A DNA stretch of 64,000 nt from Marsupella aquatica (GCA_973895155.1 OZ316897.1:4853976-4917975); one strand, 5' to 3'; shown: positions 36,191-49,706, numbered from the stretch's first letter. The notes: a model not told the origin generated them from the sequence alone. A program made the numbers and translations.

Positions 36191-38122
36191 GTGGTGGTGT
36201 GGTTTGTAAAAAAATTCAAAATGGATGTCAAAAGGAGGTCCCTCATATATATACTTTTGGGGACCTGCCACCTTCGGGCGGCTACCTTTGGTTCCAATAT
36301 TTTTGCACCCAACCCATGCATATTTTAGTGCTAAACAAAATAACGGCAACCGAGGGATTTTTGGGGAGTTGGAACTCGGGGCAAGAAGTTGAGTTAGGGC
36401 AAGAGATGGGACCCCTGGGTCTTGGGTCTCATGTCTAAAGTCTCATCCCACCTTGAGTTTTCCCAACTAGGCAAGGGGGAGAGCTTCAAGGGAGGAAGTT
36501 GAGGCGCACGAGAGAGTCTCTCTAAAGTGGGGCTGTGAGAGGGACTGAAGGCGTGGAGGGAGTCTGAGTTGGAGGAATGTAGGGTTTAGTTTCATGGAGC
36601 GTCAAGCAAAGCAGAGATGGAGGACCAAACCCTTTTTTACTGGGGTGCAAGAGGGTTTGGTCATTGGCTAACTCAACGCACACAAAATCAAGGCATGGCA
36701 ATAGGAGTTGGGCTGGGGCAAGGTACGGGACTTGCGGTCAGGGCACGGTCCAAGTGTGACAACAAGAGGCCGTCCAGGGCACATTCAACAATCTTGGGCT
36801 TCACTCAGGGCCAAGGGAGATCCGTCCAAGGAGGCCGCAAGGTCGGTGTTAACCTTTGGAGTTGACTCTCGGCCAAATCCTCCGATTAACCATCCAACAT
36901 GTCTTCAGACTTTATTAATTATCTTTTGTTTATCTATTTAACAATGTACCACCTTCATCAAATTGATTGCTTGTGTATGTTTTGCCTACTACCTGGCCAT
37001 TCCAACAATCAGGCAGTGTCGACTTGTGCAATCCAACCTCTTTGTGCTGTTGGATTCCGCCTGTCACTTGGATTGAGAGCACTTCCATGGACTCTCAACT
37101 AAATTTCCTTTCAGTTAATCACTCAAGACATTGGTCCGACTCTCACTAGTCGCTGACCCCGCCTATCAACTAGATTGAAGGCTAAGTGTCATCTAGCCTT
37201 CAACTAATATTTCTTTAAAGAGGATTCCAAAACCCCATGTGGTAGATTGAACCTCAATATCTATTTCTTCTTTCTCAAATACTCTCTTCCATCTTTCAAT
37301 CATTTTTTTGCACTGCGTTCTGTAGCCCAAATGGAATGCACTTGAATTTCAACAACCAAGCAGAGGTGGGTTCTTTCATGTCCCACTACTTTGGGCCTTC
37401 CTCTTACAACATTACTTGCATATTTCTAATCCTTCTAATCTTGCAGGGATTTTTTAATGGGTTGCGATTACAATCTCCACAAGCAATACAACTCTGATTC
37501 TTCCTTCAAATGGTTCCAGCCAAATCAATATGAATTTCCCACTTTCAAATGTCAGCATTTCTAGCCATCTTTTTTTTCATAATCAGTTTTTTGACTTTAC
37601 TTCTATTTGCATTCAAGAAACATAAGCTCTGTAATCATATGCTCCCTGTAGTTTTGCAAATAGGCCTCAATTGCATCTTCTATTCAATGGTCACAATCAA
37701 TTTCTTTTACATGGTTTTTCTTCCATGGGCTTCCATCTCTACCTCCAAGTCTAGCAATCCGGCATGACCTCTTCCTGGGCTACCTCCCGATCCTGGAGAG
37801 TTTGCACAACAAAAGACCTCTACTCACTCCTACGTAATTGACCCCCTTCCTAACTTGGCCCTAAAGCACACAGCTTCCCATCATCTAGCAGAACATCACA
37901 ACCTTCATATAGACTAAGTTGTTGCCATGCATGCCCCAAATCTCTGCAATAGTGACTCCCAACAAGTTGATAATCCCTGACTCATCCATCGCTACAGAGC
38001 TTTTCCTATTCCTGCTGACCAAAACTTAGCTTGTACTATATAAAATGAAACTTTCACAGAGTTTAAATACTAGTATTCTCTAGAATTAACCCTTACTCTA
38101 CTCTATTCATGTAATTAACTTA

Positions 38123-38622
38123 GAGGCCTGGCTGATCTAACACTTGGCTATTTTATACTACTTCAATGGGGCCAAAAGGATGGTTGCAAGGTGGGGTGCA
38201 TAGGCATGGCAAGTTGGGCCATGCAAGTCAAGTGGTCCATGCAAGCTGGGCCGCACTTGTTGGCGGGCTGCGCTTTTGTGTGCGCTTGTCGTTGAGTTGT
38301 TGCTCGTTGGGCCATCACTCATTGCAGGGGCGCATTGGGCCATGGTGGTGGTTGGGCAAGACTGGTCCAGGTGGGGTTGTCACGGGGGTTGTCAGGCATC
38401 ACTGGGGCATCATCAAGGGCAACTTGGCCATGGCAAGAGTCATAAGGAGTCAGGGCATGGGGTTGACAGGGCAACATTGCAGTTGGGAGAGAGTTTGTAG
38501 TTTAGTGTAGGGACAAATTGTTTTAAACTTTATTCCTTTGGGTTTTTTATTTTCCATTTTTTTGCACCCAAAACAACTCGGAATTTTTTAAAGACAACCA
38601 TGACAACTTTTGGTGCAACCTC
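38123..38622. mobile_element. CpG-depleted non-autonomous element bounded by TTA|GAGG...CCTC|TTA (possibly PIF/Harbinger-type)
   Basis: TTA occurs at 38120-38122 and 38623-38625. The terminal inverted match is only 4 bp. Homologous to 27790-28125, which also ends CCTC|TTA. Confidence 0.55.
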
Positions 38623-40814
38623 TTAGTGGTGGACCTAGCCACCCAATGCCCTCACCAAACCAATTAAGTACTATTGCCTAAGTACTCTTGGTGCCCAAAC
38701 ACCTCCACAAAACTCCATAAGCAAGCAACTTGGTGCCTCTATATTGCTAGTGACAACTCCCATACAAAATCGTACTTGCTCCCTAGCGTGATTGTCACTC
38801 AATAACCCCTAGTGTTTCCACAAGCAACCAACCCCATTGATAAGTAATCCGCCATGATCTTGGATCCCAAGACCATTGTCTTGCCTGAGCAAGCTTAACA
38901 ATTGTTAGTAAGTAGGTCAGCATATATAACCTCCCAGGCCCGCCATAAGCTGAAGCTAAGGCCGACACCCAGTGTTTGGCCAAAACAGCCCCTCTATTGG
39001 TGCCGCCCAAGCTTCCTCACTTTCTATCTATCATTGGCTGACCGCCCTGCCTCTAGGACATGCCCATGGCCTAGATAGCTGGCTTGTCCCAAATGCTGGA
39101 ACTAGTTTGGCCCCGACTCTAGCAATCATCTTTATGACTCAAACTCAACCAAGAGCCTAAGGGAAAAATGAACTTGGACCTCAACACCCATGCCTACTCT
39201 GCATTGCCTCCCCAATGTAAACTCCAATGGGAACTAAATGCGGCTTGGGTGCTATTTTGGCAGGATTGGCAAGCGGGCGAGATAACCTCGCAAACCTCAA
39301 GAGGTCTTTCAACGGACTTCTCGTTGAAAAGTTATCACCGTTTCCGTTTGTCATTTCCCCTTAGTAGCGCAACCACTCCGCTTCACGACTTGGGGTTGAC
39401 CCTGCCCATTGAGAGACATCACTCATCTCATATATGCTTTTGGAAACCTACCACCCCTATAAAAACTTTGGTCCCCTATTTTTGGCCCTCAACTTGGACT
39501 CCAACCTGATCGACTGGGCACAAAGCTAACTTGCTAATCCCATATTAATGTTCTAGTTAGACGTCCGTAAGTGAAGTGCCTTAGCCCATTGTGACCAAAC
39601 CAACGCGATGCTCATGCCCAGGTACTCAGAACTCATTGTCAGTTGGGGGTCCTGGACAACTACACCTGAGCCACATCATATCTCATGCGCTAAGCATTTG
39701 TTTCGCAAGAACTAAACTTCCTTGGCTTTGGGCCCAAGAGGAGCTCTCACTCAAGCCCTCATAACCCAGAGTCCGTTTAGGGGTGCAGAGGGTCCACCAT
39801 GAGCTTGGCACTTCCCATGACTTGACCAACTCCCAACACCAGTCTAAGTCCTTTGTGTGCGCCACCAACTCAACGCATTGCCTTTGCTAGTGCAGCAAAG
39901 CCTCATTGTCCACAAGTCTACCCATACCAAGTCCCCACCAGATGGCCGCTCCATGAGCTTGGACTATGGAGGAGCTTGGCGTCAGAGTCAGTGACGCCAG
40001 AGCTAAGTGGTAGGGTAGTCAAGTTCCACGGCTCTCTTAATATAGTTTTTGATTTTAAACTAACCATGAGATGTACGAAAAGGTGTCATTGACATGTAAC
40101 TTTTCCATACTTAACCTATCACTCTCCTTATAGTTCAAACACTCCTTAAAATCAGTTGCCAGACCAACTTGCCTACACCCCATAGTGTTTTGACTGCCTG
40201 ACCATCTCACTTATGGTTGACAACACTTACTTGCAACAATAATTACTATGCACAATTCTCTTATGCTTGGCTACACTTCCACACAAATAGCACTTACTAT
40301 TGATAATATTTAGTATGCTAGAAAATACTTACGGGTACACCTCAATTGCTATCAACAACATTTTGCAATGCAAACAATCTAAGACAGGTCCTGGTAACTC
40401 CACACCAAAGAGCAAAAGCCATATAAGTAGAAGTGAACAAGAGTCACTAATCTAAAGAACAATTAACTTCATGGGAAATTTTACTTATAAGGTACGAACC
40501 CCAAGCTAGAGCTGGGGTCTAAGCTTCTAAAGTGAAGCCTCTAGACCCTATCTATATGTCCACCATGTGGATGGAAAGACTCATACTTATAATGTATGTC
40601 AAATGATGAGGATGCCTTTGCTTTCATGCTTTCTATTAATAAAAGAATGTGCATTTGGGTTCCTATGATAGGAAGAACAATTGCATTCATGGATTTGTTC
40701 AACTATAGGCACTTGGCAAGTAGAAGAATTTTTTTATGGGCAATTGCAGCCAGGCCTATAATACAGCTCCATTGCGCTGCCTAGTCCCGACCTGAATATT
40801 CTGACTATCACTCA

Positions 40815-41245
40815 CCCGGTTTGGACTTGTCCGACAAATGAGGGGTCTCGATCCTGACATCCAACATGTGTCACACCTGGTCGTCCTGGCCCTGGCCCCT
40901 GGCCGGCCCACACCCAGTCCCGACCCGATCCCAACCCGGCCCTGACCCTGGCCCTGACCTATCCCGACCCCGGCCTGTCCTGGCCCGTCCTGGCCGGCCG
41001 GGGAATATAGGCGAACATGTGACACTTGACCCCTTTTGGAGTTGACAAATGAGACCGGTCCTGGCCGGCCGGGGAATATAGGCGAACATGTGACACTTGA
41101 CCCCTTTTGGAGTCGACAAATGAGACCCGTCCTGGCCGACCGGGGAATATAGGCGAACATGTGACACTTGACCCCTTTTGGAGTAGACAAATGACAAGTT
41201 GTAGGGTCGGACAACACCACAACGTGTCCCTCAGTTCAAACCGGG
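40815..41245. mobile_element. GC-rich MITE-like element, 431 bp, near-perfect 8-bp TSD, internal 3 x 71-bp tandem repeat
   Basis: Ends are CCCGGTTTGGACT and AGTTCAAACCGGG (12/13). Flanks are ATCACTCA (40807-40814) and GTCACTCA (41246-41253). GAATATAGG recurs at 41003, 41074 and 41145. Confidence 0.88.
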
Positions 41246-41431
41246 GTCACTCATTTCACCGGCCTTCGAAAACCACCGCTGATTCTCTGACAAGAGGCCT
41301 ATGATCGATTGGCAAACTGCCCGTCGATAGATTGACAAAGTACCAAGATTGATAGCTCGAGTGTTTGTGCTGTAACTTGTTCGTGTTGTTGGCGGTGGTG
41401 CTTTTGCTGTTGCTGGTACGAGTCAGTGAGT

Positions 41432-42875
41432 ATGTGCACGGCGGGTGATGTTGCAAGGGGCAATCCCGCAAGGACGCAAGCGGAAGAGGGAGGGGCAGAA
41501 GATGAAGAAGAGGTAGTGGTAGACAACGAAGACGACGATTACTTTCCCCAGCCGGAGACCACCATGGCACAGGCACCACCACTGCTCTGGCCACCACCTG
41601 CAGGTTCATAATTTATCTCAGTCCTGCTCTGCCCTGTCTGTCTTCCATATGTAGAGGGGTTGCTGAGTTGTTGAGGGGTTGCTGTCAATTGTTGGGAGTG
41701 ACTGTACCTGCAGTAGTTCGTGTTCGTGTCATCGACGTACGCTTAGAGCTGTCTGCGATGGTGGAATTAGGGCTATGCCTCGGTTGTTGCCGTAATGCTA
41801 CTGTTGGATCCTATTTAGGATTGGTGGTTCTCCGAAATTCGTGATGGTTGGTTGTAAGAGTACGTCCTGTTGTAGAGTGCGAGGATGGGGAGTCAAAGAG
41901 CCTTTGCTCCCGTTCCATCTGGAATTTCTCGTCTGCGTGGATGATTCCGTTTTTATAATAGAGTTTCTTTGCTCGAAGATGTATGTCTCTACTGAAGTGG
42001 GGAGATTTATATTAATTCGATGTGTTTTTTTAGAATTCCTGGGCGTGGCCTGCTTGAGGATGCCCGTAGATGTATTAATTGGAGACTGGATTCTGGTGTT
42101 TTGATTTTCAGCGTGCTCCCAGGTCATTTGCACTGACTATAGCTGGATGTCTCACCGTCACCTGCTGTCCTGCTCTTTTGTAACCGCCTAAATTATCCTT
42201 AGTCTGGTCACTTCCTTGAGAGCGGAAGCGTGAGAGGTGCTCAAGGTGAAAATCATGACTGGGAATGTTCTGGTGTTGTCTGCAGATGAAGGTGAAGACG
42301 AAGCGGTGACAGAGGCGACACAGGACGATTTCCAGATTGGGTATCTGCAGATCTCGGATGATCCTTCTGCTCAGAATGCCGCAGAGGAACGAGAAGGAGG
42401 AGAAGAAGAATTTGCAAATAATAGCTTGTTTGCTGAAACCGGTGCTTTGGCCGGAGGAGCCACCAATGGACATGCGGGATCCCTTGCTGGAGCTGTGGTC
42501 AGTGATGGTAGGAATCCGCTTGAGAGGATAGTGACTGTGAACGGAATGCAATTTCATGTGTATGGAAATGTGAGCGGTCTGGAGCTCCTTGAAAGCAACA
42601 ATCCCACTCGTGAAGAGGATCTAGACATGCCAGACAGTGAAGAAGAGGAAGAGGAAGAGCGCCGCAGGGCCGCTATGGAGAGGGCTATGGAAGAAGCCAA
42701 TGCAGCAGATTCTGCACGTCGAGCTGCTCCTATTCCACCGGAGCGTCGTGCAATGATTGTGAATGCCATGAAGGGCATCAATTTGGAGTGTTTTCGGCCG
42801 TCTTGGGCGGACTCTGTGCCGGAGGATCAATGGATCAATAAGGTGAAGGAAAGTAGCACCTCTGCTCCAAAGTAA
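41432..42875 (+). CDS. Acidic protein with C-terminal MEA1 (male-enhanced antigen 1)-like motif, 2 exons
   Basis: Exons 41432-41603 and 42286-42875 join in frame (phase 1, GT-AG). The body is D/E-rich and the C-terminus IVNAMKGINL...PSWADSVPEDQW resembles the MEA1 M-x-G-x-x-L...P-x-WA...W motif. Confidence 0.7.
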
Positions 42876-44082
42876 TCTACTGTTTTAGAATTGGGATTCC
42901 AAATTTTTGACCCACTCTCCTTCCTGGAGCTATCTAAATCGGGCCTTGCGAGACTTCTCAAATGCAGGGTACAGCAGACCACTGTGGCTAATCAGAGCAG
43001 CAGGTCAGTCCTTCATTTTGCAGACTTGAAATTAAGAGGCTAATGTCGAGGATTAGCCTTTGGTCGATCGACAATGGCTAAAGCTACAGAAGCGAGAACT
43101 TTAGATTTGTTTTATTATCGGGGATAATCGATACACTGACAGGAGCGACCAATGGAGCAAAGCTTACCATTCTCGGATTTTCTGCCCAGGGGCCTCAAGA
43201 AACCAATTATATCATTTAGCTGGATTTGTAAGAACTGATAACCAGACAAACCCGGGCGGGAGGATGTCTTCAGTGAAATTTAGTCTCAAGAGAGTTGGGA
43301 TCGGACACAGAAATAATTTTGCAAGACGATTCTGCACACTGGGTATCACTGTTGTTTACCATATCTGGCAGAGTATGTCGTGGGACCTCATTGGTGCCTT
43401 ATCCATGGGAAGGCATGTAAATTCCTTAAAGAGTCCTGAACTATGGAAAACTCTGAACGCAACCTGCATGTACCCCAAGTCCCGACATGGTCCTGAAATC
43501 AACCAATTACTCCGTCAAATACTTCCTCTTATGGTCTCAAGAATGATAATGCTGAAGAGGTGGGTGTGGGCAAGTATTTTCACTTAAGTGGAAGCTTGCT
43601 ATTGGATTGGTAGCCCAACGGCTTGTGATGGTTCGGCAATCTGTAGTCTCAGCCTGTGGGCAACAACTAGAGGCTCTTCAAAGAGGACATTGAGAACTGA
43701 GGTGGCACCATTTGGGTTTCCTCCTGCACACGGTATGCATTACATAACACGAATCAGGTATACCATGTATACACACTTCATAATAAGAGTGCACTCCTTG
43801 TCCGAGGGCTGGGAATACACTTGGTGCTGGACACCCAGATGATGACGGCCCTTTACGACTACTCCAGGTATATTCCAGCAAACTGTGGGATGTGTGGAGA
43901 ACAGCTAGGGCATGCCTGTGCATTTGTAGGAATGACGTGGAGAAATTCCAAGTCTGCTCATTTTCATGTGCCAAAAAGAATTTACATACATCGATTTCCT
44001 CTAGGGAAATGAGTTTCTTTCAAAAAGCCAGCCAAAAATGTTCTTGGCACTATTGAACTCTTGGAGCCGAGTTCTCGTCTGC

Positions 44083-46683
44083 TCATGATTGTATCTTGTC
44101 AGTGGTAACGTTCTTCCCACACTTAAAAGCTGATGGGCAAAAGTTCTGTAGCTGACAATCCTCGCATTTTGCGCCAATTGGTTTGCAGATCTGTAGGCCC
44201 AGACGGCGGCGTTAGTCAGGGATCAGCAAAACATCTAAAAGCTGCCGAGCATACTAAAATACTCCTTGCATGGAATTTACCACTCTTAGGTGAAGATGCA
44301 TCAGAAAGCTGGTGCACTATTGAACTATGAACGGCAAAGCTATAAAAAGAGGAAAGTAACCTGTTGGCCAAATCCGACGAGCAAAAAGCTTGCTTCTGCC
44401 CATGTTTCCCTGGGCAACCATGATTCCATTTCACGGCGCACTTGCTCTGCAGACGAACCTTCAGGTACCCATCCCAGTCGACAACATACACGTCGGACAT
44501 TAGTGTCGACAATTAATCCCACATCACCCCTGCCAGAGGAAACACATGAGTTTGTGATACTGTCGTAAAATCCCGCATCCTTGGTGGATCCTTCAGAAAT
44601 CGGGAAACATACCCTAACTTTTTCCAGACTTGTAATTAAATTGAGATGTACAATGGCAAGGACTTACATCCCAAAACCAACCCACAAGACAAGAAGCCCC
44701 ACTTTGGGCCCAACTCCCGGAAGCTTCATCTGCACAGACCATAATTTGAACTTGCCACATTGATTCTTAACCAAACAGAAGTCACTCATGGCAGGATTTT
44801 TTCGAAACTCTTCAATTCCCGTTGAATTTTGAAAGAATCATTGGACAAAGGAGAGCCTATTAAAGCAATCCAATGAAGCAAAGTCAGATAATTACTGAAG
44901 CGACCACAGAATAGGCAAAACTTGGAAGGGGCATAGAAAGGACGACACGTTGCGTACTAGTTCGTCCAGTGTACTAGGGACGCATCCAAAGTAAGGCGAC
45001 TTGATGATTATGTCTGCCATATTCTTCAACTGCTTTGCCTTTCGCCTGGGAAGGTTACACACAGTAACCTTGGTTTGTTATTCTCGGTCAGATGCTTATA
45101 GAAATGCAACAGATTCTTACCTACATCTGTCCCAGAAGGCAAACCGGGAGAGCGCTCATTTACTCATTCATTGTAACTTCTTCAGAAAATACTCTAAACT
45201 TGACGATACTTCCTAAGGAAGCTGAAACAGAGAACCTGTAAAATCCGACTGGCTTCAGTAGTTCTTCCAATGTTCCTATTGAACAATCACTCCCCGCAAG
45301 GTGCTTGACTGTGAGTCCGCTTGGTAAAGCATGTAATCGTTTCATTGCTGCTGCAGTGACAGCGTCCCGGGTCTGCGAGCTGATCATTGCAGCTACCAAG
45401 ATTTGGAACTTTTGTGTCTCCAGATCTGCATTTCCATCCACCAGCTGCAGTTGTATAAAGTGAGTGCACAGGAGGTTGCGTGCATGGCAATGGTCTTACT
45501 AATAAAAATGTTTCAATTTGGCAAACTACACATTTTTCTTTCACCCTAGAAATGACAGCAGAATCAAACCTGTGCAGGGCCGAGAAGATCGACAGGGGCA
45601 TTTCGACCCGTGCGCATTCTCCTGCATTTCTTCAAGCACAAATTCAACTACCGTCTCACGATTCACCAATACAAAGAGATCATCGAACAGGTCACATTTA
45701 ACGTCATTGCAAACTTAACCGTACTTTTGCACCTAGTCCACTAGACTGAGCCAGAATGAGTGGAACGAAACGTTCTATTCTCATCCTAGAGTTATGTTTA
45801 TCAACGTTACTTTCAAGACTATCTCAACACAAGAACGCACTAGATTCAATAGTAATCAACACCACCTCTGACACTCGTCCAGAATCCTAATCCACGTCTT
45901 CTGACTGTCGTCACGAAATTGCACACGGAGAGACATAATGGAAGGGCACCTGATGCTTTGCAAGGCCTCTTCCCAATTGGATGGGGGAGAGCGGAATTGG
46001 GACGAGCCAAATCTGCTCCCATTTGTCAGTTTCATATTTTGCCTCTTCAGTTTAAGCCTCTTGACCTCCAGCTCGTTATATTCAGCGCTTCGAAAACTCA
46101 AATCACAACCATCGAAGTCCTCCAAATCTTGGCAACATTCTTGTTCCTCTGTGCCACGGTTTCCATGAGCGTGTCTCTTCTTATTCACCATTGAAAGCGA
46201 TTTCACCGTTTCCTGAATTTCTTCCTTCACCTGCAGAATTGTATGTTCTTCCTGCATTTCACACATCTCTTGTGGTAGTGCTCTGAGCTCCCCCTCCTCC
46301 ACTGCTTGGTTCTTCTCAATTTTTGCCACCGATCGGAAATTTTGCGACCCGGAGCGCTGACTCCCAGGTCTTGCATTTTTGGAATTCTCACCATCGTTCA
46401 ACAAGATCTTCGCTGACCTGAGATCAAGAACCCCGGAAGGCCCACACTCTCCCGCAATTTTGGGGGATTCTTTCCCTTTCGCTCTGCGAGACTCTGAGAA
46501 TAACGCATGAGGTGCAGCTACTGGCGTTGGATGCCCTCTAGCACAGAACGTTGAAGCATTATTGTTATTTCCTCCTCTCTTCTCATTGACCACTTCCGGC
46601 AGATTGGAACCTCTTCTACGTAAGGCTTCTTTTCTGGCCGGAGCACCAGAAAAGGAGAAGGCAGCAAAGATATTATTTTCCAT
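44083..46683 (-). CDS. Endonuclease III (Nth/NTH1-like) HhH-GPD DNA glycosylase with 4Fe-4S cluster, 7 exons
   Basis: Approximate exons: 46683-45950, 45621-45570, 45445-45236, 45046-44958, 44729-44668, 44529-44362, 44190-44083. Motifs: MRTGRNAPVD, AMISSQTRD, LKPVGFYRRKA, HhH LPGVGPKVG, VDTNVRRVCCRLGW, LLVGFGQQ and CKPIGAKCEDCQLQNFC (C-x6-C-x2-C-x5-C). Confidence 0.92.
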
Positions 46684-47280
46684 GGACGGCTGGCTTATCA
46701 ATCCATTGGTGCCGGCCTGAGCCCCTCTTCTTCGTTGACACTCTTCTCTGCTGGGAGAGGACGGAGGACTTGAACATACCCCATCACTTCATCGGGGACC
46801 CAATTGGTCAAACTGATAAGGTTTGTGTCGTCGCATCATAAGGACACCACCAATCAGACGACAAATGCCAAAACCTCAGGACTAGGTTAAATTGGTTCAG
46901 GTCAGATGGAGTCATGGAGCAAAAGGATGGGACAATTGCGTACCGACAAGTGAGGTACCGACGAGTGACGGTCGCTTGGCGATGTGCCTGCCACAAGCAA
47001 ACAAGCCATCTTTACCGTATCTCCACACTGAGCCTTAATGCAGCAGTAACGTAGACATTTCCTCGAAGACTTGCTTCACACGTCAGAGGGAGCTCTCCTA
47101 TAGCTCGAGCTCTACCGCACCACAGGAACCTGAAGATCCGCACAGCTCTAGTGTACGATGATTATACGTCCGTGAAGGTTTGGTTGCCCATCCCTACCTG
47201 TCCGGCTTCCTTCTATTATATCCCCTTCCGATCGCTAGGTAGGTCTAATTCCCCTTCGATTGATCGATCGCCGGGTCTGG

Positions 47281-47360
47281 TAGGGTTTTATTGGACTTGT
47301 ATAAATATTGTAGCCGGAAGGTAGAGAAGCAAAGCACAGCGCCAGAAAGGGTTTTGAGGA

Positions 47361-47396
<36 letters not shown>
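47281..47396 (+). promoter_or_regulatory. GME core promoter/5' UTR: telo-box, TATA box, (GA)n tract abutting the ATG
   Basis: TAGGGTTT at 47281-47288, TATAAATA at 47300-47307 and (GA)~16 at 47364-47396. Confidence 0.6.
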
Positions 47397-47402
<6 letters not shown>

Positions 47403-49706
47403 CGAACGGGTCAGAACATGCGAATGGTGTGACGAATGCGTCTGGGTTTTACGAAGCCACGAATTTGGATAAAGAGCCTTACTGGCCGGAGAAGAAGCTG
47501 CGGATCTCGGTGACGGGAGCCGGAGGGTTTATCGCGTCGCACATCGCCAAACGGTTGAAGAGCGAGGGGCACTATGTGATCGCGTCGGACTGGAAAAGGA
47601 ACGAGCACATGCCTGAAGAGCTTTTCTGTGACGAGTTCCACTTGGTTGATCTCCGGGTGACTGAGAATTGCCTGCTCGTAACGAAGGATGTCGGCCACGT
47701 CTTCAACTTGGCGGCTGACATGGGTGGCATGGGCTTCATCCAGTCGAACCACTCTGTGATTATGTACAATAACACTATGATCAGCTTCAATATGCTGGAA
47801 GCAGCTCGCATAAACGGCGTGAAGAGGTTTCTGCCTATTCTCTGCTGCCCGCCAAACCCCTACTGAGGGAAATGAATTTGTATCTGGGGACAAAGTTCCA
47901 TAGTGAAAATGCTGACATAGTGTTATGTCAATCAGTTCTGCTTCATCTGTGTCACGCAGACGTGCTATAGATTATGTCATGCAGTAGGAGAAATTGTTGT
48001 CCTTGCCTGCGTCGCTATGTCTGTCTTCTTTTATTTCCGGAAGTTGAACTAGCTGATCTTCAGTTGTCGAGGGTACTGCTTTGGGCTTTGATCTGCGTCT
48101 CCCATATTCTTATTGTATGGAAATTGTGGCAATCTTCTCCGGCTGCGAACAGGTTCTTCTATGCTTCGAGTGCCTGCATATATCCTGAGTACAAGCAGCT
48201 GGATACCAATTGTGTGAGCCTAAAGGAGTCGGATGCGTGGCCTGCCGAGGTATATGCGTTCTTTACATTGAACCTTAGAGTGTACCCTGAAATGAAATTG
48301 AAGCGGAAGATTTGTAGTTTTAGTTGACGGGGCACCCGTGAGAGTCAATTTGTTTCACGATAGTTTCTCTAGAATGTCCCTGTTAGTAATTTTAACTCGT
48401 TGCCTCTGGTTTTTTCTGTCCTCCTGAGCTACTGTTGTCTGAGCATTGGTCTGCTTCATCTTGGTCTGCTTCATCGTCGTGCAGCCACAAGACGCCTATG
48501 GTTTGGAGAAGTTGTGCACCGAAGAGTTGTGCAAGCACTACACCAAAGACTTCGGAATGCAATGCAGAATTGCGCGCTTCCACAATATTTATGGTCCATA
48601 CGGGACATGGAAGGGTGAGTTGGATTCTAAAGCCTTTCTGAAGCCTCTTCACCTTGCATTTTAATGTGTTTTTTGAGTACCATTGGATGGATTGGGAAGT
48701 ACCGTCGGCCTTGAGATTTTCCTTGTTTTCTTTGCTTTAAGCGAACAACTCCTTCCCGCATGCTTGAGCCCTTGCAATGAATTGGGCGTTTCCCTGTTCA
48801 GGGGGACGTGAGAAAGCACCAGCTGCCTTTTCAAGGAAGGCGATTACCTCCACCGATTGCTTTGAGATGTGGGGAGATGGCAAGCAGACTCGATCTTTCA
48901 CCTTCATTGACGAGTGTGTTGAGGGTGTCCTCAGGTACTGCGATTCTATTTCATTGGCCTATGGTCTATCTGAGGCTAAGAGCAAGTGACCTCAGGAACT
49001 TGTCTTTTGTGGAATATGCGTCAAGCGTGGGCTTCTGCCTCAGAACTGAAGAGGTCAGCTCGTCTACTGAGGATACAGGAGAGCTCAATTTACTGAGCGT
49101 TCATCTTACTAATCTGAATGTGGATACAGGTTGACCAAGTCCGACTACTCCGAACCAGTAAACCTGGGAAGCGATGAAATGGTCAGCATGAATGAGATGG
49201 CTGAGATTGTGCTTGATTTTGAGGGCAAGAAGATGCCTATTAAGCATATCCCTGGACCAGAGGGTGTGCGTGGGCGTAACTCCGACAACATTCTGATTAA
49301 AGAGAAATTGGGGTGGGCACCTTCGATGAAGTTAAAGGTGAGGGATTGTGCTTTCATGGGTATATCATTTTGATGCTTCACTAATCTCAGCGAGTGGCAG
49401 TGGGAAGAATTTGCCACGTTGAGTGGCATTACTTGCACCTGAAAAAGAACAAATCATGTTAGACTTCCTCATGTCCAGGGCCTTATTGCCAGTTCCAGCT
49501 AACCGCTGTTGTGTTCTACTGTATTTTCATCGCAGGATGGCCTGAGAATCACCTATTTCTGGATCAAGGAGCAGGTTGAGAAGGAGAAGGCCGCGGGTGC
49601 CAGTCTTGATGCATATGCCTCATCCAAGATCGTGGGAACGCAAGCGCCTGTGTCCCTGGGTGCCCTGCGTGATGCCGATGGCAAAGAGAGATTTTCAAAA
49701 GTCTGA
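47396..49706 (+). CDS. GME: GDP-mannose 3,5-epimerase (ascorbate / cell-wall pathway), 6 exons
   Basis: Exons 47396-47826, 48153-48249, 48485-48614, 48802-48934, 49130-49337, 49536-49706. Motifs: EPYWPEKKLRISVTGAGGFIASH, FNLAADMGGMGFIQSNHSVI, YASSACIYPE, QDAYGLEKL, GGREKAPAAF, GPEGVRGRNSDN. Confidence 0.98.

Noticed and set aside
37250-40090. Fragmentary ORFs suggestive of old LINE ORF1/gag relics
   Set aside because: No diagnostic intact motif, so I cannot support a call.
40987-41192. CRISPR-like 71-bp periodicity
   Set aside because: The whole unit is repeated with no variable spacer, and it lies inside a TIR/TSD-bounded element.
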